A stretch of DNA of 64,000 nucleotides, from NCBI RefSeq assembly GCF_009914755.1, contig NC_060938.1; one strand, 5' to 3'. Numbering within the stretch: position 1 is the first letter of the stretch; the number at the start of each line of letters is the position of its first letter. A program made the translations under genes and the position numbers. Below, in pieces: positions 26,302-43,909 of this stretch. The notes beneath the pieces are model-generated. The model was not told where the DNA came from. It was given only the letters and a program-made list of their open reading frames with translations, and searched no databases. The DNA comes from the human T2T-CHM13v2.0 reference genome, Homo sapiens.

Positions 26302-26883
26302 CTATTCAAACCAGAAGTAAAGTTTACAGACTAAATCATACATAATTCACAAGGCAAAAAACTCCATATATTCTTCCATCACCTCAAAACAATATCAACT
26401 CATTCACAAACTCATTTGATGGTGAAATATTTTCACATCAGTGAATTACTCGATGTCTATGCCCTATACAGTTACAGAGAACTGGCCCTCCTTAAAATGT
26501 TCCAAATCTTGAGAAAATTCTTCTCTCTCCCTTCCCACAAATCTCATTAAATAAAATAGCGATATTTTCAGGTTGCCAGCACACATATCTCTACCTTTCA
26601 GTCATACAGTATACCATGCAGAACATAGAACAAACATTTTGTTCTAAGAAACATTAGGAGAAAAAGGGTAAGAACCCTATAGGAAGGCAGGAGGAATGAG
26701 TCAAGGACACATTCTTCTCCTCAGTTGTGCCCAGGACCATGACATTACCTATACTTATGTCATCATATGCCCATATCCCTAATTCCTCTTAGTTAGCATC
26801 TGCTTTAGTTTTTATTATATTTTTATATGCTTTCAGATTTTTCCAGCTAATACATAGCATATCAGGGTGGAAATCAATGCTGA

Positions 26884-27009
<126 letters not shown>

Positions 27010-27509
27010 TGACCTTCCCGAGTAGCTGGAATTATAGGCAACTGCCGTCACTCCCAGCTAATTTTTTGTGTTTTTAGTAGAGACAGGGTTTCACCATGTT
27101 GGCCAGGCTGGTCTTGAGCTCCTGACCTCATGATCCACCCACCTCAGCCTCCCAAAGTGCTGGGATTACAGGCGTGAGCCACTGCACCCGGCAGAAGAGT
27201 CCTACTTTCACAAACCAGTTTTCAGGTCAGGTACATTTTACATAAAGACCAAGTATCAAAATGAACTATGTTTCATTACTCACTAAAGTGAAACAGAAAT
27301 TTGTGATGATACATAATTAAATCTGCCACATTTTAGTGCCATCTAACCCTAAAAATACTTTTGTAAGTTTGTGTGTCTTTTTTTTTTAACTCGAGTAAAA
27401 ACTGCAAAATAAAATTATGCAAGTAAACAGTATTAACTAATCTCTTTCCAAGAACACAAGACAGTCATCAAACAAACTCCAAGCCAGGCACAATAGTTTA
27501 TACCTATAA

Positions 27510-27728
<219 letters not shown>

Positions 27729-27838
27729 TAGCTCGGACTGCAGGCACGTGCCACCAAGCCCAGCTAATTTTTGTATTTTTAGTAGAGATGGGGTTTCACT
27801 GTATTGGCCAGGCTGGTCTCAAACTCCTGACCTCGTGA

Positions 27839-28399
<561 letters not shown>

Positions 28400-28855
28400 T
28401 AGCCAGGATGGTCTCAATCTCCTGACCTCGTGATCCGCCCGCCTCGGCCTCCCAAAGTGCTAGGATTACAGTCGTGAGCCACCGTGCCCGGCCCAAATTT
28501 TTTTTTTAATTATCTGGGCACAGTGGTACATGCCTGTAATCTCAGTTATTCAAGAAACGGAGGTGGGAAGATCATTTGAGCCCAGGAGTTTTAGGCTACA
28601 GTGAGCTATGATCATGCCACTGCACTCCAGCCTGGGTAACAGAATGAGACATTGAATCTAAAGTAATAAATAAATAACTTTTTTAAATGAGAAAAGGAAG
28701 ACTCTAGCTCAGACTGCCAAATACATTCACTCCTTCATTCAATAAATATTTATTGAGCACCTACTGAAAGTGCTGGGAACATAGAAGAGCACAAATAAGG
28801 TTCCTGCCCTTACAGAGCTTACAAAAATATATATAAAATTGAACCAAAAGTTTAC

Positions 28856-29037
28856 CAGTTCCCAGAGAGGATAACTTGTCCTCCATTGTTTTCATGGTAG
28901 AATTTAATTCAGCTTCCATCTCCTTTTCAAATTCATCTTCACTAGATGATTCACTTTCTCCGGTAAGACATTCTCTGATGAGTTTTCGTTTTTGGTCAGG
29001 AGTTCCATGTAAAAGCACATCCACTTCATCCTCAGAG
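28856..29037 (-). CDS. EAPP: EAPP coding exon 2 (SSEDEVDVLLHGTPDQKRKLIRECLTG...KLSSLGT)
   Basis: Acceptor TAG at 29040-29038, donor G|GTAAA at 28855. 182 nt, phase continuous with exons 1 and 3. Confidence 0.96.
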
Positions 29038-29189
29038 CTAGCATACATTTAAATCAAAAAGAATATGAATATTTAAAAATTAAAATAATTTTAAACTCCC
29101 AGCATCTCACTGTCCAACAACAATTTTAAGTATTACATGGTTACATTTGATGTACTTATACATTACATATAGCTATTCTCACTTAATAA

Positions 29190-29642
<453 letters not shown>

Positions 29643-30234
29643 TAGATATATAGATAGATAGATATCCTGGTTGTGATACTGCACTATAGTTTTGTAGTAT
29701 GTTAACACTGGAGGAAACTGGGGAAAGAGTACACAGGATCTCTCTGTATTATTTCTTTTTTTTTTATTATTTTTTATTTTTTGAGATGGGGGTCTCCCTG
29801 TGTTGCCCAGGCTGGAGTGCAATGGTGCCATCTTGGCTCACTGAAACTTCCGCCTCCCAGGCTCAAGCCAACCAACCGCCTCACCCTCCTGAGTAGCTGG
29901 GACCACAGATATGCACCACCATACCAGCTAATTTTTTGTATTTTCAGTAAAGACATGATTTCATCATGTTGCTCAGGCTGGTCTTGAACTCTTGAGCTCA
30001 AGTGATTCTCCTGCCTTGGCCTTCCAAAGTGCTGGGATTACAGATGTGAGCCACTGCACCAGACCTGTATTATTTCTTATAACTGAATGTGAATCTACGA
30101 AAACTTCAAAATAAAATGTTTAATTTTTAAAAACTGAATCACAAAGTGAGAGCTATTTTTTCTACAAATTTTCTTCAATCCTTGTCATTATCTCAACCAA
30201 AGTCTCAGTTTTCAGCACTGCTGAGAAAGGCAGT

Positions 30235-30673
30235 CATACATCATGGACCCTAGATATGCAAGTTAAGTATGCCAAGAATGCAAGGTTCTGACCACTGTTC
30301 ACTCCAGCCATTTCTCAGGATTGTGTTTGCAGCGAACAACAACCTTGAGGAATGAGATAATGTCTCCTTCCAGGACAAAGAGCAGATGTATTTACTGTCT
30401 TCTATGAAAGAGGTGGATTCTCCAAGCTCAAGTAGTCTTTAGCCACGATGCCAACCCACTGAATGTGCAGCATTCTTCTAGGACCCTCAGCGTAATACCT
30501 GTAGGGTTGACAAGCAAGAGCAAGCCACACAAACATGATGCTCATGCTGCTTGCTGTGCTATGTGTAGTCTTATCTTTGACCCAGGAGTCTCATGTCTTC
30601 GGTCAGCTACCGTGAAACAGTTAACAGGCTACAATGTATTAGTTTATAAACAGTGTAAAATTAAATACTGACA
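30235..30673 (+). mobile_element. Probable solo LTR (LTR47-like) in EAPP intron 1
   Basis: GACCCAGGAGTCTCATGTCTTC...TGAAACAG...CAGGCTA...TGACA 3' end. Family assigned from memory. Confidence 0.45.
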
Positions 30674-30931
30674 GACACCTCTCTAACACTAATCTCCCTT
30701 TTTAAAATAATAACCATTTGGCTCAGAGCCTACAACAGGCAATACTGTCTGATAACATTGTTTTGTTTTTATAATATTTATCTTTACAGTTACCTTACCA
30801 GTGGCAACTGTCACAGAATTATAAAGCTTCCTTAAAAAAATGATACAACAGTCCTGGCTCCGTGGCTCAGGCCTGTAATCCTAGCACTTTGGGAGCCCGA
30901 CGCAGGCAGATTGCCTAAGGTCAGGAGTTCA

Positions 30932-31189
<258 letters not shown>

Positions 31190-32049
31190 TCACAGACAGG
31201 ACCCATTAACTGAAACTCTTTTTCACAGGGAATCCTGGTATCTATCCTCACTCCCAACAAAAGAAATCTTAACAGCAGTCTGATTTCCCATGCATCCAAT
31301 GTCTCCCCATGACAATATGAGGAAACATTGTTCTTTTGATTTTTTTTTTTTTTAAGAAATGAGGTCTCACTATGTTGCCCAGGCTGTTCCTTTACTACCA
31401 GGCTTAAGAGATTCTCTCGCCTCAGACTCCCAAAGTCCTGGGATTACAGGCATGGGCCACCACACCCAGCCAAAGTTGTTAATGAAAGCATGGCTTTACA
31501 GAAAGCTTCTTTAGGCAGAATGAATGTTTTAAAGTTTAAGAATAGGATCTGCTGACAGCTTAAGAAATAACTAAATTTGTGTGGAAATATCTCGGCAAAA
31601 CAGCTTCAAGTTTCCCTGGTAGAATAAAGCCCACCCTTCTGGAAATCCCACGAACCTTCTTCTGTGCCTATCTCAGGTCAATATTCTCTACAATGCTCTG
31701 CCAAGAAATATATACTTTATCTTATTACCCTTATTATACTATAAGCCTCTGGAAGACAAGGACCTTATGATTTATCTCTGTAGCTCAGAGCGAGCATACA
31801 ACAGTCCCTGTCAAAAAATAAAAATAAAAAAGGCTGTTCAATATTCCCTTATTTCTGTTTATGGCAGTTTAGTCTTCAAGATGGACACTTCACATTAAGT
31901 CCTGTGAGCCTCACAACAAACATAGTGTGTTATACTATGTTATATAGGTTATACAATTATGTTATTATAGTTCAATTTTACAGGTGAGTAATCGAGGATA
32001 ACTGACTTGCCTTCCGTCACTCTGCTACTAAGGTGTAGAGACAGGTTTC

Positions 32050-32917
<868 letters not shown>

Positions 32918-34680
32918 AATCCCACCATTTTCTTCCGCAGCTTCTGCTTACAGGAAAATAGCAGCTACCTTGTCACCAAAAATAATAATGATGGGCACCC
33001 TCATAAGTGACAGTCTCTGAGGTGAACATGCTACATGCAGCGTCTCATCACCTACGAAGCAGGAATCTAGACGCTGAGGGACACACAGCCCGAAATCCAA
33101 TAAGTCCTCAGACACCAGCACCCACATCCCTCCAACCTCGCCTCTAACCCTTATGCCTTCCACACCATGAGGCTCTCAACCTCTCCTTCACACTGTTCAC
33201 TCCTCAGTCTGACTGCGGCCTCAACAATCTACGAAAAGTTATCTTTTCTCGTCATCTTCCCAGTCCCCACTTTTGCTCAGCCCTCAACTGATCCCACTCG
33301 ATACCTGAGGAGAACAGGCAGATGACAGCCACTTGAGCTCCATCGGGAGACTGTTTCTAACCCTGTTTCTGAACCAGGAACTCGGGTTCCTGCCTCCTAC
33401 CGAGACACTGTGGCACTCTCTAAAATGTGGAGTAGCTGTAATAAATCTACTCCTGTATTATGCTTTACAGTGCAGGTCTTAGTTTTTCTTTTTTCTCATT
33501 TCTTTTGAAATGGCATCTCGAACAAAGTCCACCAATCCCTTTACAAAAGAATGAACTGCTCCTCTGTGTGTACTTCATAGAAGGTGGAATCGGACAGAAG
33601 CAGGTTAGTGACAGTTATTCCTGAAATACAGGAGCAGAGTACAGTCTGTTGTGGTTTCCCGGATTCCGCGCCTAGCTCAGCCAATTAAGCATGAGACATA
33701 GGCCATTGAGCCACTTAGTAGTTATGCGAGTGGATAGATTGGTATGTAGAGGGAAAGAGGTCTGCTGTAAAGAACAACACTTGTTTGTCTGTGGGGAAAG
33801 AAAAGCAGAATACTTGAGATGAAAGTTGGCATACAAATAGGATACTATCGCCAGTAGTTATATTACAAACATTATCGGCCTTTCTAGTGTGAATGAACAT
33901 TAGACACATTATTGTCATTCCTAGTTTAAAGTTAAGGTTGCGTGGTTGGATTTTTCCACTATCTTTTTCTAATTTTTCTACCATTTGGAGACCGTAGGCA
34001 TTTGGGCCTGTCACCCCTTGGATGGGTTCCTAGTTTGTTTACATTTTCCTGAACCCTCCTGAGCGCCCGTTCTTGGTCTAATCCCCAGTCGTGATGATTC
34101 CACACTTCCTCAGCCGCATGTTGTCTTGCCTCATTCATGAGCTGGTCAGCGTTTCGTCTCTTTAACTGACATGTTCCCCAGTGCTGTTTGAACTGTTGAG
34201 TTTCCGTTGCTGGCTGAGTGCGTTTTGTCCTTCACGTAACCTTCGCTGGTAAAAATAAGCCCATGTGATGTCCACCAGTGGATGAATGCTGGACCGAGAG
34301 CCCTAGCTTCTGGATCCAGGTCTAGGCCCTTCATCTGCTGCTCTGTGGCCCAGGGCAGGTTTGCTTGACCTCTGCCTCAGTTCTCGACTCTAAAGGACAT
34401 ACTGACCTACCTCACAGGGGTGTTGTGAGGATTAATAAATGTTGGTACTCTGCTTTGGAAATGTGAAAATGCTGTGTAAATGTTAAGAAATACTAAGTAT
34501 AGGGCCAGAAGCTATACAGTGTTTCACTTAACCGTTTGCCATTCTGTATTTACCAAGGTGGTCTTTTCTGGGGAAGGAAGTAGAGTGGAAGGTGCATCCC
34601 TTGGCCCCTGGTTTACATTATTAGGGTGCTTATTGTAGGAATGCACTCTAAAAAGTGGGCGTAGAATGAAAGCAGCCGTC

Positions 34681-34950
34681 CAGTGGTCCTCCCTTTTCTG
34701 TAGTTTCACTTTTCTTGCTTCAAGTTACAGCAGTCACCTGAAATCTGAAAATACTAAATGAAAAACTCCAGAAACAATTTATGTCTTAAATGTTGTGCTG
34801 TTCTGAGTAGCGTGATGAAATCTGTTGCCGTCCTACCTGGAACATTGAGTCATGCCTCTGTCCAGTGTGTCCATGCTGTATACACTGTCCACCCATCAAC
34901 CAACCACTAAGTAGCTGTCTTGGTTGTCAACATAACAGATCACAAGAAGA
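34681..34950 (+). mobile_element. MER44/Tigger7-like DNA transposon remnant (mirror at 50943-51212)
   Basis: CAGTGGTCCTCCC start and TTCTGAGTAGCGTGATGAAATCT core. Confidence 0.6.
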
Positions 34951-35190
34951 TTGAGGTTGGGTGTGGTGGCTTACCCCTGTAATCCCAGCACTGTGGGGGT
35001 CCAAAGTGGGAAGATTGCTTGAGCCCAGGAGTTCAAGACCAGCCTGGGCAACTAAGCGAGATCCTATCTCTCGAAAAAATTTTAAAACAACTTTTTGGCT
35101 GGGCGTGGTGGCTCACGCCTGTGATCCCAGCACCTTGGGAGGCCAAGGCGGGCGGATCACGAGGTCAGGAGATCAAGACCGTCCTGGCTA

Positions 35191-35658
<468 letters not shown>

Positions 35659-36124
35659 CTAAAACAATGAGCAGCTTAGACAGGACTTATTTTTCTCACC
35701 TACCCAGAATTTAAGGGGTAGCAGTTTGGGGCTGTTGGCCAGGCTATTCACCAGGCGGCCCCTCCTCCGTCTGCTCTACCATGCCAGGTGTAAGGTCTCC
35801 CGGCCATGATTGTTGCTTCCAGGTACCAAGGCGGCCGCTACACTCCAGGCCTGAGTCTGACTTCCAGGTAGAAAAAGGGGGTAGGGACAAAGACTTTCTT
35901 CAAAAAGTGGCTTGGCCTTTTTATTCTCCTGGAGATGCCCTTTCCGGGGACGTGTGTCTAACTGGCCAGAACTGTGTTGTGTGATGAGGAAGTTGAGCTG
36001 TTTTAGCTGGGTGTGTTGATCCTGTGGACAAAATCAGGGTCTGTTAGTAAGACAGGAGTGGCCACTGCAGGATACCCTGCCAACAGCACAGAACGAGTCT
36101 GGACCTGAGAAACAGTAAAACTGA

Positions 36125-36881
<757 letters not shown>

Positions 36882-37630
36882 TTAGAAGAAAATCAAATGA
36901 GTCCAGAGAGTTTGTTGTGGCCCTAGGACTTGTAACAGGACACGTAAATTCTGGGGCTGAGGCTGCCATTGTGGGGTGGCCTTTGGGGGTTCTATGCGCT
37001 ATGCGCTGATGCTGAGCAAGCAAAGAGAAGCAAGAGTTTGGAGCAAACAGAGAGAAGCAGGGAGGCTTTCCGTGACCCCCTTGTCTAATATGTTAAGCCC
37101 TCAACCCCAGCCTTTTCTCTCCATGCCCTCTTCTCTATCCCTTGGTCCACGTTTTTCCCCCTTCTGCTTCGTATTATTGCTTGTCTGCTCACTGTCCGTC
37201 TCCCCGTTCCGTTTCTCTATTGCTTCACGAAAAGACCACCCTCAAAACGTAAGGGCTTTGCAACAACAGTGATCATTCATTTGTATCCCAAGTCCGCAGT
37301 TTTGATGTTCTGCTCCCTGATGCCTAGGGTCTCGGCTGGGGACTGAAACCGTTTCCATGCATTTCTCTCCACAAAGCCTCGGGCTTCCTCACGACACGGC
37401 AGCCTGCGTAGTCAGCCTTCTTCCATGGCGGCGCAAACCTCCAAGACGATTCCGGTAGACCCAGATGGGAGCTGTAAGGATGCCTCCGACCCAGCCTCGG
37501 GAGACCCTGGACATCACTTCTGCCACATGCCGTTGTGCAAGGTAGTCACTAAGGCCAAACCAGATCCAAGGAGAGGGGAATTGGACTCTACTTCTCGATG
37601 GGAGAAGTAGTAAAGATAAGAAACTTCTCA

Positions 37631-38432
<802 letters not shown>

Positions 38433-38855
38433 TTAACTCGACCGGTGCACGGTTTGCATAGTGGACAACTTTGTACTTTGTCCTGATTTTTTTTTCCCTC
38501 AAAGTAAGAGGCTTGATTCCCCCCCGACTCCACCCGGCCCCCCTCCTTTAGGTTTTCCTAGGTTTCGTCGCCGCCTATGTTAGTTACAGCCGTTTCTGAC
38601 AGGCCTACCAGGGAAGATGCTCAAGGAAAACGATGTTCTGTCAAGCTGCTTGGGGAAATCTTAGTGCTTAATGTTTAACCGGGGGGAGGAGGCGAACCTC
38701 ATAATAGTTGTGCCCTGTGGGGAAGACTTCTGTTGGGCTGGCGAGAAGAGAAGGGGCCGAAACTTGCTTTTTGCTGAAAGGAAGGTGAGCCCAAACCCGA
38801 GCCCTGCCCGGCCCAGACGCTAGATCCCTTGGGGACTGGGCGGTGGGGCCGCAAA

Positions 38856-39071
38856 CTCTCTTTCGCTCGCTCGCTCGCTCGCTCGCTCGCTCTCTCTCCC
38901 CCTCTTTTCTTCCTTCTCTCTCTCTCTATCTTCCCTCTGTCACTGTCTCTCTCTCTCTCTCTCTCTCTCTGTCTTCTCTCTCCCCTCTCTCCTGTCTCTC
39001 TCTCTCTCTTCTCTCTGTCACTGTCTTTCTGTCTCTCTCTTCTCTCTGTCACTGTCTCTCTCTCTCTCTCT
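38856..39071 (+). repeat. Compound (TCGC)n/(CT)n polypyrimidine microsatellite upstream of U1
   Basis: About 215 bp, strongly pyrimidine-biased, with repeated CTCTCTGTCACTGTCT units. Confidence 0.95.
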
Positions 39072-39247
39072 GGCACTCTCTCGTCCTCTCAGGCCTCCCT
39101 TTCAGGTCCCAGACTCCCGGCCGCGCGCCCACTTGCGCCCAACCAGCCCCGGAGACACCCAGGCCTGTCCCACGCCGTCGGTAGGTCCCCGGTCCGGGAG
39201 CGGGAGAGACCGGAGCGCCGGGGACGACCCCGGCAAGGGCGTGGCGT

Positions 39248-39255
39248 ATGCAGAT
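39248..39255 (+). promoter_or_regulatory. U1 distal sequence element, octamer-like ATGCAGAT
   Basis: At -222 to -215 from U1 +1, the standard DSE position. One mismatch to ATGCAAAT. Mirror copy at 46644-46651. Confidence 0.8.
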
Positions 39256-39405
39256 GAGCACGGCGCGCGGAGGCTGCCGGTCACGCTCGGCCTGGGACCC
39301 CATGTCCCGCGCGCGATATCCGAGTGCTGTCGGGGTGTCTTCCCCTAGCGGCAACGGTGGAGCGAGGGGGCTGGAGAGGGTGAGGGGGCTGGGGCCGCAC
39401 GAGAG

Positions 39406-39427
39406 AAGTGACCGTGTGTTGAGAGTG
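39406..39427 (+). promoter_or_regulatory. U1 proximal sequence element (SNAPc site) AAGTGACCGTGTGTTGAGAGTG
   Basis: At -64 to -43 and fits the TSACCGTGWSTGTRAA-type PSE consensus. No TATA box, consistent with a Pol II snRNA promoter. Confidence 0.88.
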
Positions 39428-39469
39428 TGGTGGGCGCGAGGGTATGAGAGGAAGCCGCACGGCCAGTCC

Positions 39470-39633
39470 ATACTTACCTGGCAGGGGAGATACCATGATC
39501 ACGAAGGTGGTTTTCCCAGGGCGAGGCTTATCCATTGCACTCCGGATGTGCTGACCCCTGCGATTTCCCCAAATGTGGGAAACTCGACTGCATAATTTGT
39601 GGTAGTGGGGGACTGCGTTCGCGCTTTCCCCTG
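39470..39633 (+). ncRNA. RNU1-27P: U1 spliceosomal snRNA, full-length 164 nt, canonical sequence (probably RNU1-27P)
   Basis: ATACTTACCTG 5' splice-site pairing end, GATCACGAAG 70K loop, ATTGCAC U1A loop, AATTTGTGG Sm site, and terminal stem-loop ending TTTCCCCTG. The symbol is assigned from remembered locus order. Confidence 0.95.
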
Positions 39634-39644
39634 CCTTACTGGAA

Positions 39645-39657
39645 GTTGAAAGGTAGC
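39645..39657 (+). terminator. snRNA 3' box-like element GTTGAAAGGTAGC
   Basis: 11 nt after the mature U1 end. Diverged match to GTTYN0-3AAARRYAGA. Confidence 0.6.
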
Positions 39658-40322
39658 TGTTATTATGATCGGCGCTGGGTCTGGATGTGTGGTGTTCAAA
39701 ACACGGGCTGCTGGGCAGTTCGCTTTCGTTTTCACGTTTTTGTGGGGGTAGGGCGATTGCTGCTTTTTTCTCACCCCGCGGGGGATCCTTTAGTAACGCG
39801 CCAATTATACTGTGGGTTTATGTTCTCCAGGGTATTGTCGTGAAAACGTCACGATCTCGTGCTTTCTCCAGGCCAAAGCCGCGTTTTTCCTGCAAGTTTG
39901 GGGTGTGTAGAGGAAAAAGCCAGAACTGCTTTCTCTTCCCTGGGGAAAATATCCCAGGGTCTTGGTAACCGCTGGCAGAAACGACAGAATACGTACGGGG
40001 CGGGCAATTAATCCTGGTCCAGGGAAGTATCCGGCTTAGAGGTTTAGGAAGGACCTGTCGGGGTTGAGTTCCCCACCCAGGGGGAGATCGAGTCCGCGGG
40101 AGCTGCTGATCCCACCCAGGCAGCTGCTGGGCTTGTTGGCAGCAGCGTCTTCTGGAAGGACTAGAACGGAGTCATCCCACTCCCAGAGAAGCAGGCGTGT
40201 CATGCATGACAGTGAAGGCCGGACTACAAGGCCCTCAAGAACAGGAGACTTTGGGTCCTCGCTAACGGCCTTGGGAGACCACGCAAGACTGGTCAGAAAA
40301 GCCAGGTAGAAAGGCTTTTCAT

Positions 40323-40640
40323 GGGCCGCGCGCGGTGGCTCACGCCTGTAATCCCAGCACTTTGAGAGGGCGAGGCGAGCGGATCACTTGAGGTCAGGAA
40401 GTTCGAGACCAACCTGGGCAACATGGTGAAACCCCCGTCTCTACTAAAAATACAAAAATTAGCCAGGCGGCGTGGCGCGTGCCTGTAATTCCACCTGCTC
40501 CAGAGGCTGAGCCATGAGAATTGCTTGAACCCGGGAGGCGGAGGTTGCGGTGAGCCGAGATCGCGCCATTGCACTCCAGCCTGGGCAACAGAGCAAGACT
40601 CCGTCTCAAAAATAAATAAATAAATTAATTAATTAATTAA
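40323..40640 (+). mobile_element. Chimeric Alu at the inner end of the left arm (body identical to the right-arm Alu, different tail and 3' flank)
   Basis: Identity stops at 40612. The tail is (TAAA)n/(TAAT)n followed by a MER5A-like fragment. No matching TSD. Confidence 0.8.
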
Positions 40641-41289
40641 AGAGTGCAGACTCTTAGGCCCCACCTTTGCTGTATCTGCTGAGTCCGAATGTGCATTCTG
40701 TCCACAGTGAAGTTTAAGAAGCACTGATCGAACGTGCTGTATGTTTTAGTTTTCTATCTAACGTCACCCACTTGGAATGTAAGCTCCAGGTCAGCGATTC
40801 TTGCCTATTTTGTTGACTGCTTCCATCCACAGGTGACTAGAAAGCTGCCTGGCTTTCAATATATTTGTTGGATTAATCTATTGACATCAGGTGCCCAGGT
40901 TCTAGCTCTGAGCCCAGGGGAGATTAATACTGTGTCTTTCCTACAGAGAAATCACAGAGTTGCAAATCCTCCCTGCTCAGCTTCATCAGCACTTAATACC
41001 ATTTGCTCGAGCTCCTGGGTGAGAGCTACAAAACTAGTCCCTGAGCCCAGTGGGAGGATCCACTAGTCCACACCCTCGACCTCTGTCAGCCTCTTCAGCC
41101 CCTTCTCGCTTGAGGAGAATGTGATCGTTGTTACAGGCATCAGAAAAAGGCAAGTTGGGGGTAAGCACCTTATTTTTCTCACACCCCTGCCCCTTGTATT
41201 TACCCAGTGGTTTAACCTGGTTTGAGCCAACATCATCTTGCCTGGATTGGCAAGTCTCCTGATTGGTCTCCCTGCTTTTCACTTCATTT

Positions 41290-42449
<1,160 letters not shown>

Positions 42450-43582
42450 TGATCCAACCGACTCGGCCTCCCAAAGTGCTGGGATTACAGGCGTGAGCCA
42501 CCGCGCCCAGCCCTCTGGAATCTCTTTCTACAATCCCCCTTCTGCCCTCCTGGCCCTTGCAATAATGACTTAAAAGGTTTTCCCGTTTCCTTTGCTCCTT
42601 TCATAGGGGGTCCAGAGTAGGAACTGATTCCCCTTAGTTGTGAGCAGCTAGCACAGCAGTTTAGCCTTTCCTCATTTCTTCTTTCTCTAGACTGTCCCCA
42701 AATCTTAGTAGAGTCTCGCTGTATTGCTCAGGCTGGAGTGCAGTGGTGCGATCTCGGCTCACTGCAGGGAGATCTCCACCTCCTGGGTTCAAGCGATTCT
42801 CGCGCCTCAGCCTCCCAAATAGCTGGGATTACAGGCACACACCACCATGCCCAGCTAATTTTTGTATTTTTAGTAGAGACGGGGTTTCGCCACGTTGGCC
42901 AGGCTGGTCTCAAACTCCTGACTTCAGGTGATCTGCCCGCCTTGGCCTCCCAAAGTGCTGGGATTACAGGCGTGAGCCACCGGGCCCGGCCTACCCTACC
43001 ACTTTTTGCCTAACTTGAGTTTGGATAGTCAGTAAGAGAGCCCAGACAAAGATGGGCTAACACCTGGGCAGAATTTTGGTCTGCTCCTGGATCTATGCCA
43101 GTAAATTCTGAGAAAGCCTCAACAAACTGCTGAGGAAATCAATGGGAGACTCTGGGACTTCTGGGTACACAACTTCAATTTTTCTTTTTTTCTTCTTTTT
43201 TAAGTAGACAGGAAGTCTCCATATGTTGCCCAGATTGGCCTCAAACTCCCGGGCTCAAGTGACCCCCCCGCCTTGGCTTCCCAAAGGGATGGGATTGAAG
43301 GTGTGAGCCACCGCGCCCGGCCGACAGTTCCGTTTATAGCCCCAAGAAAGGTCACCCCTTTACATAGGTAGGCAGATGCAAGCCCTAAAATACATGTTGT
43401 CAAGGATTTGTCCTCAAGAAAGAAACCTAGCACTGTTTGCTACACACAGTTCATCCTCAGTTCAACTGGTAATTGCAGCGGTCAGCTGTGTTATTAATTG
43501 CCTTTACCCAAAGGGAAAATAAAGCCTCTGATACCTCCATGACAAGGAGGTAGTGATAACTTGGAGCCAGCCACCTAGGCTA

Positions 43583-43909
<327 letters not shown>

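Noticed and set aside
39470-39633. U1 copies as processed (retroposed) pseudogenes
   Set aside because: No A-tail, TSD or truncation, and promoter elements are present at the correct spacing.
38699-39968. Cluster of overlapping ORFs (RERE/SLSL repeats and GC-rich peptides), mirrored at 45931-47200
   Set aside because: They are translations of the (CT)n tract, the CpG island and the U1 RNA gene. The duplication is explained by the inverted repeat.
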